Part shown: positions 41,001 to 54,432 of the stretch, piece by piece
How positions within the stretch are numbered: the stretch's first letter is position 1
How the letters are laid out: every line of letters starts with the position of its first letter
Assembly: GCA_021613535.1 (NCBI GenBank)
Contig: CP075496.1
Location: forward strand, 2,418,001-2,482,000
Direction: 5' to 3'
Length of the DNA: 64,000 bases
DNA from: Adineta vaga
Taxonomy: Eukaryota > Animalia > Rotifera
The notes under the pieces: generated by a model
Seen by the model: the letters and a program-made list of their open reading frames with translations, nothing else
Database searches by the model: none
What the model was told of the DNA's origin: nothing
Made by a program: the position numbers and the translations under genes

Positions 41001-41362
41001 TTTAGGGTTTAGCAGCGGATAAAACATATACAAATTTAAATATGACAATAAAAGAAGCATTATCTTTTCGAAAAGAACGTTTGGAAAATGTTGCTAAATG
41101 TTATAAAAATGAATCCTTATCGACATGTATGGAACGTATTGTTAAAGCTGAAGTACATCGTTTAGTTGTTGTTGACAATGATGATCATGTTATTGGTGTT
41201 CTTTCCTTATCTGATCTACTTTATTATGTTGTTATACGACCAACAAAAGTATCACGAGCAGGTACAATAGCTACAACACCAATGCCTATGCTTGTACCAA
41301 CGATTAGTGTCTCAAATGAAGATGGTCCTGTTGAAGATGAAGCAATAGAAAACACTGATTAA
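34158..41362 (+). CDS. PRKAG: AMP-activated protein kinase gamma subunit (PRKAG2/SNF4Agamma-like, long N-terminus, alternative first exons)
   Basis: CBS exons [45 protein letters not shown]...[42 protein letters not shown] large S/T-rich exon spans 38381-39382. Candidate first exons at 34158-34373, 35223-35342 and 38156-38278 all end in phase-0 GTAA donors. Confidence 0.9.
38011..38041. repeat. (AC)n(AT)n microsatellite upstream of AMPK-gamma exon C
   Basis: Direct reading of acacacac followed by an atat run; another (TA)n run lies at ~37832-37849. Confidence 0.85.
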
Positions 41363-44300
41363 TTCATTTTTTCTTCTTTCTTTTTTCTTTTGAGCAAATT
41401 TATATGCGATTCTCACCCGGTGATTATCATAAGTTTCATTTCATTTTTTTTTCTTTCTTGCATATCTGATTCCTTAGTTCGAAGATTTCTTTTTTCTTTT
41501 TTTGCCTATAAATAATGTATTTTATTGTATAACATGTGTGTGAAGATATGTGCACGAAATATTTAATAGTACATATTCATCGACACATGAAAAGATTTTT
41601 TTCTTTCTTCTTTTCTTTTATATGATCTGAATTTTTTTTTTGTATATGTGTAAGAAGATTGAAGAAAAAAGATTATTTCTTTGTTGATTGTCTTTCAGAT
41701 TTGTATAGCACACTTGTACTGTTTATTTCATTGTATATCTTGTATTCCGTTTGGAAGATGAATCCAAATGTCTGTCATAGATTATATCATCATGTGACAA
41801 ACACAAATCAATTTATGTTTATCTTTTAACAAATAACAGAGAAAAGAAAAATAACATGAAGTATCTATTTATATGTAAAATCAAAAAAGATGCGCAAGAT
41901 TTCTTTTTGATCTCATGAGACTGTAAGATATCTATTTCTGTATCGTAGAAATTATTTCGAAATGCAAACTAAAATTATCACATGTACTTATTTATGAAAA
42001 TACAAAGTACTTAGATCAATGTTTTGCAAAAAATGCAATAGAATAATTTATCGTAGTGTAACATATACATGTCTGCTATTATAAATATAACTGAATCATG
42101 CAAATAGTATTTCAACTATTCAACATTTAATGTTCAAATCATTTTTGTTTTCTATGATAATTTATCGGATTATTTATATCGAAAATGTGTGAACATGAAA
42201 AGATTTCATATTGTTTGAAAAGAAAATTGATTTTGATGGTCAGAACAGAAAACACTCTCATGATTTTCTTGATGACTTTTGTTTATTTTCTCGAAAGCTT
42301 CTCATTAGTATGATTATATATTACGGAAAAAAAATGTCTTCAACAATATTTTACCTTGTTAAACATGTCTCTATTAATTTCATTCTTATATTTAATTATA
42401 ATAGTGCGTAGGTTTGTCTTCTAAAAAAGCTAACTCGATACATCATTGCTTTTCGTTATCAACGTGGGTTAAAATCATGAATTTTTTACTATTTATTTCA
42501 TACGTTATAGATCGGTATATTGTCATCTCTAATAGAATAGATTGTTTTATCAAAACTATACCCTCCTACGCTATGATAAAAAGAGTCTTTTCTTGTACCT
42601 GTCTTTGTATCTGATTATTCATTCTAATGAATGCACATGAAAGAATCAATTTGATATAGACATATAATTTTTGCGGGAAAGAATTTCTAACAGATCTATT
42701 GTATTAGATTTGGAGTCGACCAAAAGTTTGATGAGAATAAACGATGAAAAGTATACTTTTAAAATTATCTTTAATGTCATTTTTGATTTGATAGAAAATA
42801 AATGAAAAGGTTTTTCGTTGTCGTTTTTCTAACTAATTAATTTTTAATTTCCTAAAATGAATTTATTATCGATAGAAGGACATTATTCATGCAGAAAAAA
42901 GACTAACAATCAAACATACTACGCAATCCTTTTTTTATTTTCAAATGAATTTATAAAAAGAATCTTTTTATCTACATTATCCAATGTTATCATAAATAGA
43001 ATAAATCATTTAAAAAGACGCATTTGTTAATAACAGATATAAATAGATCATTATTGTTAGATATGTAATCAATCAAAATGTTTTTCAAAGGTTTGATTTT
43101 GTTCGAATAGACGAAATTTGTATATTTAGCATTGTCAAGTAATGCTTGTCTCTTACTGACATATCTGATCATTGTTCTATTAGAAATTCAACTTGTTCTC
43201 AATCAATAAATAATATTTATCTCAAGGGAAATAGTTTTATATGATTAAATCTCTTCCATTTGTCAACTATGATATCTATGAATTATGAAGTATAGTGTTC
43301 TTTCTTTCTTTGTTTTACTTTTTTCATGAGATTTTCTCATTTAATATTCCATAACATCGAATAAGTTTGAAAATGATTGATCTTTTCTTTTCTTTTTTCG
43401 TTTCTCTTATCTGACTCCTACGCGAAGACTACTTTTCTCTATTTAAGATATTCTTTAGAGAAGTAAAACACTCTTAGGAACGGGCAATGTTGAGTGTAAG
43501 ATATTGTCAACTAACATTCTTGTTTAGAAAAGTAGCGCAGTGCTTTCTTTTTAACATTGAGAGAGAAATTCTATTTTCCAAATGACTACCTTCATTATTA
43601 TATTTCGAATAAAAACTTAATATATTATTAGAGAAATAAATATTTTCTGCCTATTTAAGAGTATTGTGCACAATTAAACGAAGAAAAAAAGTAGTTGTTA
43701 CACATGCTTTCCGGAGTTTTTCTTTTCAAATAAATAGTACTACTCATCTCATTTCTCTTCTCATTTTTATTCATCTTTTCCGACAATAGTTAAGTTTACT
43801 TTTCCCTTTTTTCACTGATACACTATTATTTATACATTGAAGATAAATTCTCTTGACAAAAATAGCATTCATATATTCGATAGCTTTTGTTTTCTAGAAT
43901 CGTTTGATCTTTTATGTAAATATATGTCGTGCATCTTCTCAATTCATATTTGTTAGGATGTTTATGAAAATTCTCTTTGCGTGCGTAATTGAGCACATAA
44001 ATCTCTACGAGAATCTTTTCAGTTATTAAGCAGTCATCACTATTAGAAACAACCGGAAGTTGATAGAGAAGAATAAGAGAAAAAGAGAAGAGAGAATCTT
44101 CATTAAGACAAAATTTCTTCTTCTGATCGGTCGTTTTACCGGGCAGAAAATCCACGCATATACACATAGAGACGCACGTCGAAACCGTACGTAGATGATT
44201 GTTTTACTTTCTGTTATCCGTAGGGAGTCTGTCCGTAGTTTGTCTGATAATTTTAATCTTGTTCTTCTGTAATAATTCAAAGTCAACCAATGTAAAATCT

Positions 44301-44686
44301 AGCTTGAGAATAAGTCTTCAAAACAAAATTCTTTAATTTGTTGGAGAAATAGAATCAAGTGGAAATTTCTTATTACACTTAATTAGATTTACTGTTATAA
44401 TATCATACTAGTATGAGTAACAGGAACAAGATTTTTCATAAAAAATATTATATACAATGAAAATTATTCATGGTGTTGACAATCTCATTATCTTGTTTTT
44501 ACTTCTATCATGATATTTTGATAGAAATATACTAAGTATCACTAGACTAAGAACAAAAATTATAGTATAAATTTAAGTTTATAAAAATGATAATTTTTTA
44601 GAACAAGAACATTTCCATTTACTTGTATTTATTTAGAATAATCAATTTTCGGTAGTATCCAACGTTTCACCTAGAATTATTTCAAA

Positions 44687-45154
44687 ATGAACTGGTTTAG
44701 TGTATCTACATTTGTTAGTCTCCTTTTATTTTCCATTCTTTCTGTCCATTTAACATCATCGGCTAGTTTTCCTAATCCACCTCAAAAACCGCCATCAAAT
44801 GCATCACCAGATGAACAAGCATTGTTTTGGAAATTATTACATAATTATTACGCGATCATTGCACGACCTCGGTAAAATAGAATTTTTCTTCTAAAATATC
44901 TAATATTAATCGATTTGTCATATAGATTTGGGAAACGATCTGATTCACTTTCAAAACATCGATCATTTGTAGAAACTGGCCCTCTTGATTCAATGCCATC
45001 TATTTCTTCGGAATATGAAATGGATCGTAAGTGAAATAGAAACATTTTATATAGTAAAATACATGGATATTTTTCAGGTTTCAATCATCCAGTCAATGTT
45101 GACAGTATCTATACATTCGAAAATTTAGATCAAAGACGACGTCGCCGACGATAA
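44687..45154 (+). CDS. NPF: Neuropeptide F / NPY-family precursor, 3 exons
   Basis: Signal peptide, then (S)FPNPPQKPPSNASPDEQALFWKLLHNYYAIIARPRF-GKR (36-37 aa, RPRFamide). An intron splits the Arg codon of RF in phase 2 (CG|A), the conserved NPY/NPF intron position. Confidence 0.95.
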
Positions 45155-46343
45155 ATGATTATTGTTTTGCCGATTCTTTTTTCCTTGTATCAATCGTTTT
45201 TTTTTCCTTTGGTGTCAATATTCATGAACCTAACGTTTTCGATCACTACTGACAAAAAAAAAATAAGGCAAAACACAGACATTTATGAAAAACAAAAAAA
45301 AAACTTGAATATCATTCTCTGAATATGTGAAAAGCGAAGGAAACAAAAAACATTGTCTTCATTTAACATCTACTCAGATGAAACAATTTCAGCTAATGAA
45401 TTCTGATCATGCGTGATTGAATCAAGATATCAATATTGTGATCTATTACTGTTAACGAATCGAACAACACAGAAATCATTTTTATTAAAATTTACGACAA
45501 GCAACAAGTTTTTCTTTTTTTAAAACTTATGTATAGAGAGCTATCATCATTGAACACTTCTATCTGCTTTCAGCTTTCATGATATAATTCCAGATTTTAT
45601 CGATTCATATTATGTTTCCTGTATATCAATATTCTCATCAGAACTTTTAATATATACTAGAGATAATGCAATAAACTTGTATAAAATGTGAATATATTTA
45701 GAGGTGACGAATTTATTAATACAAATGTCAGTAAACTTCTGTGAGGATGAGGATTATCAATAATAATATAGACCGATTCTTATCTTTAGAAATATTAATT
45801 GTTCGATAAACTATGAATGTGATTCTTGTTAGTCCGTGGACAATTGTTTCGCACTATTCATCTAGAGCAACGCAGAGCAAATTATCAAGTTATTCTTGGT
45901 AACTATTATCGTCATGCAATAGTTTTTCTAAAAAATATGTTTTACTTCTTATTTTGTATGTTTTATAATCTATTGTGATTCATCATAATCTCACAATTAA
46001 AAATCTCTGTGGTAACTCTTGAAAGGACTCCTTAGTGCAAGAATAAAATGAACATGATAAAATAGTATTTTGTTAGTATACAATAAAGCAAATGAGTCTC
46101 TTCTATTGTCAAGGACTTCGTGTATAGTGATTCCTATTTCTTTATAGAGAACAAAATTTAAACTCCTCGATGGCCGAAATTCACTACCTAATAAAAACCA
46201 TCAAATTTCTTCACATATACATTTTAAGAAAGAGTGTAGTGCTCTTTCTCATAGCTATATTTCATTATTTAAAAAGAACAATAAATAGCTTGATATCCTC
46301 AAAAAAAAGAACACATATCGGTATGAGCATTTTTAATTTCATG

Positions 46344-47210
46344 TCAAGTACGAGGATATGCTGCATCATAATGACCTAATCCATATTGATTATATGCCAA
46401 ATAAATTGTCTTTCGAGTCGAAGACAATAATGAATTTTTATGTTCAGCTTTAACATCGATACGTGGTAAATCCAAAACAGATGTAAATATAGTTATATTA
46501 ATATTTAATGTATTTGCAATAGTTAATGGTACAATATCACCTAATGTTGAATCTGAAACGCCATTTTTCGAGAATTTTTTTACTTCTTTAAGAAAGACAA
46601 TTTTTTCTCTATCGACAAATTGACTATAATAATCTTCATTTAATCGCCATTGATCAACACATATTTGTCTTAAACGATCGGCAAAATCAACTAAACGAAA
46701 TTGTGTAGGCAAACGAAGTGAACGACGTAATGGTAAACCAAATTCATCTGGATCATATTTCATTTCATACATCAAACCTTCAGCAAGTGCATAGAATAGA
46801 CAATTTCCATCACCTTTGACTGGCAAACGTTCGATACCATATTTTGATAAATTACGATTTAATTGTTGTTCATGATAGAGAAATTCATCGTCGGAATTAT
46901 TTGTTTGTTGTTGATTTGAACATGAAAATGCATTACGAAATAGTTTATAAGATTTCATCGATGATGGATAGCTTGTTGGAATGCCAGGTGATGATCGAGA
47001 ACCTCTATGGTGATGATGATGGTGTTGTTGTTGTTGTTGTTGTTCAATTGGTGGCAGATAATTTGAAACAACAGAAATAGGTTGATTACTAATAATAGGT
47101 ATATTTGATGAGTAACCGTTATAAAATGATGGTGTATAAAGCCACTGTGGAGTTTGAGAATGTTGCTGCTGTATGGATGGCGGATAGTAATATGTTGTTC
47201 GATGCATCAT
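46344..47210 (-). CDS. OTU-domain cysteine protease (deubiquitinase-like), intronless
   Basis: Catalytic VKGDGNCLFYALA and C-terminal GHYDA motifs; low-complexity Q/H/S/Y N-terminus. Confidence 0.88.
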   Translation of the reverse strand: MMHRTTYYYPPSIQQQHSQTPQWLYTPSFYNGYSSNIPIISNQPISVVSNYLPPIEQQQQQQHHHHHHRGSRSSPGIPTSYPSSMKSYKLFRNAFSCSNQQQTNNSDDEFLYHEQQLNRNLSKYGIERLPVKGDGNCLFYALAEGLMYEMKYDPDEFGLPLRRSLRLPTQFRLVDFADRLRQICVDQWRLNEDYYSQFVDREKIVFLKEVKKFSKNGVSDSTLGDIVPLTIANTLNINITIFTSVLDLPRIDVKAEHKNSLLSSTRKTIYLAYNQYGLGHYDAAYPRT

Positions 47211-47459
47211 TTGACGAAATTTCAGTTGATGACGTAGTAATTTAGAAAATAAAAAAAAACAACAAATGGTAAATTTTTTGCGTCCTTTGCGTCACCAAAA
47301 GGTAAGTTTATGATTGTGATTCATTTTTTTCTCCTTTTCTTCCTTTACGCCTACAACCATTTAAACCTCGTGCTATGAGCCGATCGATAGAGAATGTCGA
47401 TAGATGATGGTTATGACATTACTCAGTCGGTCGTCATACGAACACTTGTCAGTCTGCTT

Positions 47460-47463
<4 letters not shown>

Positions 47464-47490
<27 letters not shown>
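47464..47490. repeat. (TC)n microsatellite between the OTU gene and nadC
   Basis: Direct reading of about 13 TC units. Confidence 0.9.
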
Positions 47491-47494
<4 letters not shown>

Positions 47495-47740
47495 GTGTGT
47501 TAGTTGATGATGAAGAAGAGGAGACGAAGAAAATCGAAAAGAAAGACAAAATCATATGAATAAAAAAAACAACAAAACTACATTTATCTTTTTCTATTCT
47601 TTCGTTCGTTTTGTTTGTATGATATATTCATATACCATTTATCTTTGCCACGTCATCAATTCGCTATGGAGGTATAGAACAATGTTAATGTAAATGGACC
47701 GATTCATTCAATTCGTATAAATCGATATTGAAAATTTCTC

Positions 47741-48592
47741 ATGCAGAATATAGACATAACTCAATTAACCATTGAAATAGATGTTCGTTGTGCTTTAAAA
47801 GAAGATATTGGTGATGGTGATGTAACAGCTCAATTGATTCCAAAAGAACAAATATCGAATGCAACTGTCATTACACGTGAAAAAGCGATTATTTGTGGTG
47901 TTTTATGGTTTGATGAAGTCTTTCGACAACTTGATTCTACTAATGTCATCATTACATGGCATGTAAAAGATGGTGATTGTGCACAAGAAAATCAACTTCT
48001 ATGTACATTAAAAGGTCCATCACGAATCTTATTGACTGGTGAACGAAGTGCTTTAAATTTTCTTCAGTTTCTTTCTGGTATTGCTACACGATGTCGTCAT
48101 TATGCTGATTTAGTTCAAGGAACAAAAGTTCAGTTACGTGATACACGTAAAACAATACCTGGTTTACGTCTAGCAGAAAAATATGCTGTTACACAAGGTG
48201 GTTGTCATAATCATCGTTGGGGACTGTATGATGCTTTTCTTGTTAAAGAAAATCATATTGCAGCATGTGATAATAGTATTAAAAAAGTTGTTCAACGTGC
48301 GCGTGAAATAGCATCGAATAAACCCATTGAAGTTGAAGTAGAAAATCTCAATGAATTACAAGAAGCATTAGAAACAAATGTTGAAATGATTTTATTGGAT
48401 AATATGAGTTTAGATGATATGCGTCAAGCTGTTGAAATAACTAATGGACGTGCTAAACTCGAAGCATCTGGTGGTATCAATGAAACAACATTACGTGCTG
48501 TGGCAGAAACCGGAGTTGATTATATTGCAATAGGAACATTAACAAAAGATATCAAATCGATTGATTTATCGATGCGTTTTCAAACCGAATAA
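47741..48592 (+). CDS. nadC: Quinolinate phosphoribosyltransferase, bacterial type, intronless
   Basis: [85 protein letters not shown]. Confidence 0.96.
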   Translation: MQNIDITQLTIEIDVRCALKEDIGDGDVTAQLIPKEQISNATVITREKAIICGVLWFDEVFRQLDSTNVIITWHVKDGDCAQENQLLCTLKGPSRILLTGERSALNFLQFLSGIATRCRHYADLVQGTKVQLRDTRKTIPGLRLAEKYAVTQGGCHNHRWGLYDAFLVKENHIAACDNSIKKVVQRAREIASNKPIEVEVENLNELQEALETNVEMILLDNMSLDDMRQAVEITNGRAKLEASGGINETTLRAVAETGVDYIAIGTLTKDIKSIDLSMRFQTE

Positions 48593-49224
48593 TCAAACAT
48601 ACACATTGAAAATTAAAAATAAATAAACGATCGATCAGTTCATTTTTAGAAGATAGATTAATGATTTTCTTTTGATAAATAAATATGTATTCATCGATAC
48701 GTCCTTACATAGATCCTCTTGTCTTTTAATTATTAGCATAATTATTCAATATGATTTTTTCAAAAAACATCTACAATCGTTTCCAAATGAAGGGTGTGGA
48801 TGATAATGAGAGTGTACATGGGTGTGGGTATTTCCTTTTAAACCGCCCACACCCCTATTGTGAAAGACGTTGAGTATAAATAATTGAAAATGACGTGATT
48901 TATTCGTTGTTGAACAATACGATTCGATTGTTTTTTTTTCTAAAATTGAATCGACTGGTTCAGCTTTTTTAAAATATTATTCTTTGTTTTGATGACAAAA
49001 ACCGCATATTTATGAATGCATAGATTATTTCTCTGATAAATATAACGCACGCACGGCAGATGAACGATTCTATGTCTTAAAAATTCGTTTGACACAAAAG
49101 CGTTTCTGACTGATCAATATTCTAACCAATGAAAATTCGGGAAAGAAAAATCTGTTTTCACTTCACTCTCGTTACTTGACGTTTATGAAAGACATAAGAA
49201 AGAAGGTAAATTTGCTTTAATCAA

Positions 49225-52200
49225 ATGCCTCATCATCGACGAAGTAAATCATATCAACTTCGAAATCATGAAATAGATCCTTTATTAACTTATGAAGGCA
49301 TTAAAACCAATCCATTACCATATATTGATAGTGCCATTCATCTTCCAGATGATCATTCTCTTTGTTTAGTTGAACTTTATTATGAACATTGGGATGTGAA
49401 TGTGACAACGGAACAGATCTTTCTACATGATCCATTTCTTTTTTCAAATAATGATAATAACGAAGAAGAAAATACTTATTTGAAAAACATCATTCATCCA
49501 CTAAAATGGTTGTATGATCTAATCAAAAATGATCAATTACAAATTTATTATTCAACTAAAGAATGTACATTAACATTACATTATTCGTTAATTTCTAAAA
49601 GAAATTTTAATTTATTTATATTTTATAAATCTTGTAAAGATAATGAAAAAACAAATCGATTTTTCAAACAATTATTTATATTTGATGATTATCAATCAAT
49701 TTCTCAATTGAATAATAATGATACGAATGCCATGAATATTATTGATTTTATCTATCAAGAAATTCAAGCAACAACAATGTTTAATATCGATCAAAACAAT
49801 TCATTAATTGCAGTAGACTCATTTTTAAAAAATGATGTGATACAATTGAAAGAACATCAAATTAAATCAAGTAAAACGAAAATATTTTTCAAAAAAAGAA
49901 ACTTTCTAATCTCTTTGATTTCTTTTCTTTTTAGTTAATTGGATGCTTAAACGAGAACAAGAATATTCATCTACAATTGTTTATACACCATTACATTGTT
50001 GTCATGATCTGTTGGATAAATTATTTTATGTTCATATTATTGACGGTGTTATATTACATAAAGATGAAATTACTAAGTATGATCGGGAACAATTTTCTAT
50101 ATCAGGTGGTATACTTTGTGATGAAATGGGTCTTGGGAAAACAATGTGCGTATTATTAACTTCACTATTAAATAAATGTCCAGATGATTTCCTGATAAAA
50201 CAAGTTTCACAATCCCTCGATGATCAAAATTTAACCAATTTTAAAAGATTCAAAGCTGATGATTCCATGGATTTACCTTGTCTTTGTGGAAAAATCATTC
50301 AAACTCAAAGAAGAAATTCACGATCAATTGAAAATTCTTCTTTGATCTGTACACAATGTTCTCGTTATATACATAGGAATTGTTTTATTCAAGATGATAC
50401 AGATCAACAACAACCATTTCTTTGTCCATATTGTGAACAACGTCTTCCAGATAGTAATGAATTATTATCTACAAGTGCAACATTAATTGTTGCACCAGGA
50501 GCAATTATTGATCAATGGATCGAAGAAATCTATAAACATTTGGATTGTCCTTTAAAAATTTACATGTACGAAGGTATTGTGAATAAAATTCCAATACCAG
50601 ATCGACGTTTTTTGGCTAAACAAGATTTTATATTTTGTTCATATGAAAATTTACGAAAAGATATTCATCATAATGAATCTTGTTCAAAAGAACAACATGC
50701 AACACGAACACACGTACGAAGATATGAATACTTAATTAGTCCGTTATTAAGACTAAAATTTTGGCGTTTAGGTTAGTTGATGAATTGTCTTTCAATCGAT
50801 ATATATATATTCATTTTATCTTTTAGTACTTGATGAAGCACAAATGTAAGTCGATATCTATGTCATTATTTCTTCTCATTTAGTTTTATTAGGGTTGATA
50901 CACCAAATGCTCCTACATCAATAATGGCTCGATCACTTGTAGCACACCATCGATGGTAAACGATTTATCATGTATTTCTTTTTCATTGCATGTTTTTTAA
51001 ACTTAATTTAGGTTTGTTACGGGTACACCGTTTCATCGTTCAATTAATAATCTTGAAGGAATCGTTCAATATTTATTTCCATCGATTAGTATACCACGTG
51101 ATCAAGTATCTACATTATTGCGAAAGAAAGATAAAATCAACGAAGTATTTCTCTCATGGTTAATGAATTTTCTTAAATTAATTACACGACGAACATCTCG
51201 TCAGTGTTTAAATGATTTACCTGAACAATATGGTATTTGTTTTGAAATTTTATGTAGAAAGCAAAACTTTCTAAATTTATTTAGAACGTGTAATACGCTT
51301 ACAATTTTCTGAACTTGAACGAATGTATTATGATCGTATTTGGAATGAATGTCGTGATGAATTCAAACGAGAATTTCAACATCTCTGGCAAAAAAGAGAA
51401 CGAGAAAGAAATGGTAATGAAAATTGTCTTACCTACTTTCTTATTTGTTCTTTCTATTCTTATTCGCCTAGGAGGTATTTCACTAGAAGAATCTGTAACA
51501 TGGACATTAGATTCCAATAATGAAATTGATATGAATGATATTCATTTCTTGTCATCAACTGCACGTAGTTGTTTACAAACTCCATTAATTAAACTTCGTT
51601 GTTTATGTGATCATCCTCAAGTTGGTGCATATGGTGTTCGGTAAAATTGATTTATCATAGAATTTACTTTCCACCATATATATATATATATTGTTTTCTA
51701 TGTAGACATAACGATCCAGCATTAGTTCATTATTATAATCGTTTTCATTATTCTTCGAATCGAAATTTTTCTATTCGACATTCGAAGAATTTATTAGAAA
51801 GTACTACACCATTAACAAAAGATGATCAACCATTTACAATGAAAGATTTACTTGATTTATTAACAGCACGAGAATTGGAAAGTGGTGAAGATTGTCTTCG
51901 TCTTTCATTATTAAATTTTAATGGTCTAGCAAGTTTATATTTAATTCAATATGAACATGAAATTACTCGATCAATTACAGAAAATAATAATAAAAATGAT
52001 CAATATTATATTCAAATGGCTATTCGAACATATGAACGTGTGATTGAAACAGCTGAAACTTATAAAGAAACATTTCATGCTGATTCATTTCAATTAGCAC
52101 ATGCTTATTACAATCTTTCACATTCAATTACACTTTTAACTAAACTTGACTCATTTAATACAGATTATAGTAAATTCACTAGTTCGGAAGCTTGGGATGA

Positions 52201-54300
52201 ATTCAATAAAATCAAACAACGACATCAAACTCAATCGGAACACGAAATGAGTGATGCATGGAAGAAATTCAATGAAAAATTATTAGATAACAAGGATGTT
52301 CGTAATGATATTAAAGCATTACTTCAAGAAATTTCCACGTATGTTAAACCAATAGAAAATGAAAAACTTGATATACAGTATCATGTCAATCGAGAACGAC
52401 GATTACCATTCACAACATGGAATGGATTTTTATTTAAATTAGTTGAAGAATTTGATAAATTACAACGAATTCGAGAGAATTTATTAATCTATACTGAAGC
52501 ATTAAAACGAACACCAAATGATAATGAGGTTGCAAAGATGAATACATGTTCAAAATGTGGTTTAGATAATGATTCGTCCAATGAATATATTTGTATCTTT
52601 TGTGAATGTGATCCTGTAATGAAAAGTTATAATTGCAGGTAAATATACAAAATTTTTCAGTCATTTTTCGAAAATCTTTTCTTATATTTAAGTCTTCAAC
52701 CAGAATTATATTCTGAAAAACAAATAAATGAAGATGATGGTGCATATGTTGTTTATTATATTAATGAAATTCTTTCCAAAGGATCAATGCGTTCACATGA
52801 ATCAACACGTCAATTAGCAAAATTATTACGAACAGATTGGAATGATTTATTGAAAAAACTTCGACTAGAAAACACATCTGCACGAGCATATTCTCAACAA
52901 TTAAAACATTTATATTTATCTCTAGATGAAATGCTTCAATGTACTTCACGTTTAGAATATTATATTGGTGATCTTAAATCTCGTCCAAAAAAACATTTAA
53001 ATCGTTTTCGTTTTAATGCAGAAATGATTGAAGAAGAACGTCGTGATTTTGATCAACAAGCAATTGATTATTTGAAAAAAGTGATTAAACATCGTCATCA
53101 ATTTAATTATTTTCAAGAACAACAACAAGATTATTATCGTTCAATTACAACAACAAATCTTCTACCAAATCAACGAACAAAATGTCCAATGTGTCATGAA
53201 TTATTTGGTGATGATCGACCTGATGTTTGTTTTTTTCTTTGTGGACATTTTTTTTGCCGAGAATGTACATTACAATGGAAAAAACATATTGCTGATCAAC
53301 GACTTAATCGTTCACGTCTCAAATGTCCTATTTGTATGTTTAAATTACTATTTTCTAGTTTCATTTTCAATTGTATTCTATTTCAGGTCGACGAGATATT
53401 CCTATCAATTCGTTAACTGTTCTTAAATGGCAAAATCAAAATTGTACACAAGAAAAACCATCGATAGAAAGTACTCCTTCAGATAATATATCAATTCCAC
53501 GTATACGTCGTTTAATTGAAACACAAGAACAATTAACTATTCAAGGACGTTATGGTACGAAAGTAGATTCAATTGTTTCATTTATTCTTAATCTTCTCAA
53601 CGATGATATTCAACAATCAACAACGAATGTAACAACAACAATGATTAATTTTAGACCACCAGTGAAAATTCTTGTCTTTTCACAATTTACAGATATACTC
53701 AGTGTTCTAGCTATTTCATTGAAATTAAATGCAATATCTCATTTACAATTTACATCAACAAAAATTCTTCAGCAATTTCGACAAGATCCAGCTATTAATG
53801 TTCTTTTAATGCCACTTGGAAAAGGTAAAATTTTCTTTCAAAAAAAAAGATCACTCATCATCTTTCTTTAGGAGCAAATGGTTTGAATTTAACTGAAGCT
53901 CAACATGTTATTCTTGTTGAACCTCAACTTCATCGATCCGTAGAATTACAAGCTATTGCACGTGTTCGTCGTCTTGGTCAAAAATTCAATACATACGTCT
54001 ATCGAGTATATAGAATTGTTTATGAAAATAAACATTTGTTTTGAATTCTTATTTTTCTAGTTTATTATTAATGATACTGCTGAAGAAGTTGTTCTTGCTG
54101 ATTCTCGAACAGCACAAACCATACCAGTGAATAATCAAACAACAACAGCAATTCGATCGGAACATTCATCGACAAGTCGTGCAGCATCATTTGCAGATGT
54201 TGAACTATTGTATGAAATAAATATGGCGAGAAAAATCTTTGTTAAACCATTACAATCAACAACAAATGAAACAAAATTAAATCCATCTCTTGACGAATAA
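49225..54300 (+). CDS. SHPRH: SHPRH-like SNF2 helicase / PHD / RING E3 ubiquitin ligase, multi-exon
   Basis: GGILCDEMGLGKT, embedded PHD finger, ATLIVAP..IIDQW.EEI, FWRLVLDEAQMV, RWFVTGTP, RING (CPMC..CGHFFCREC..CPIC), YGTKVDSIV, KILVFSQF, GANGLNLTEAQHVILVEP..QAIARVRRLGQ. Confidence 0.92.
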
Positions 54301-54432
54301 AAGAACCTGATTGATCGTTTTTCGCTTTACCGACAGATTTGTGTATATTTTTTCGAATAAAATATTTTCAATAAACCAGATCGATATTTACCTATTTGTC
54401 TAGTCTATGTATATTTAGATAGATAAAATTAT

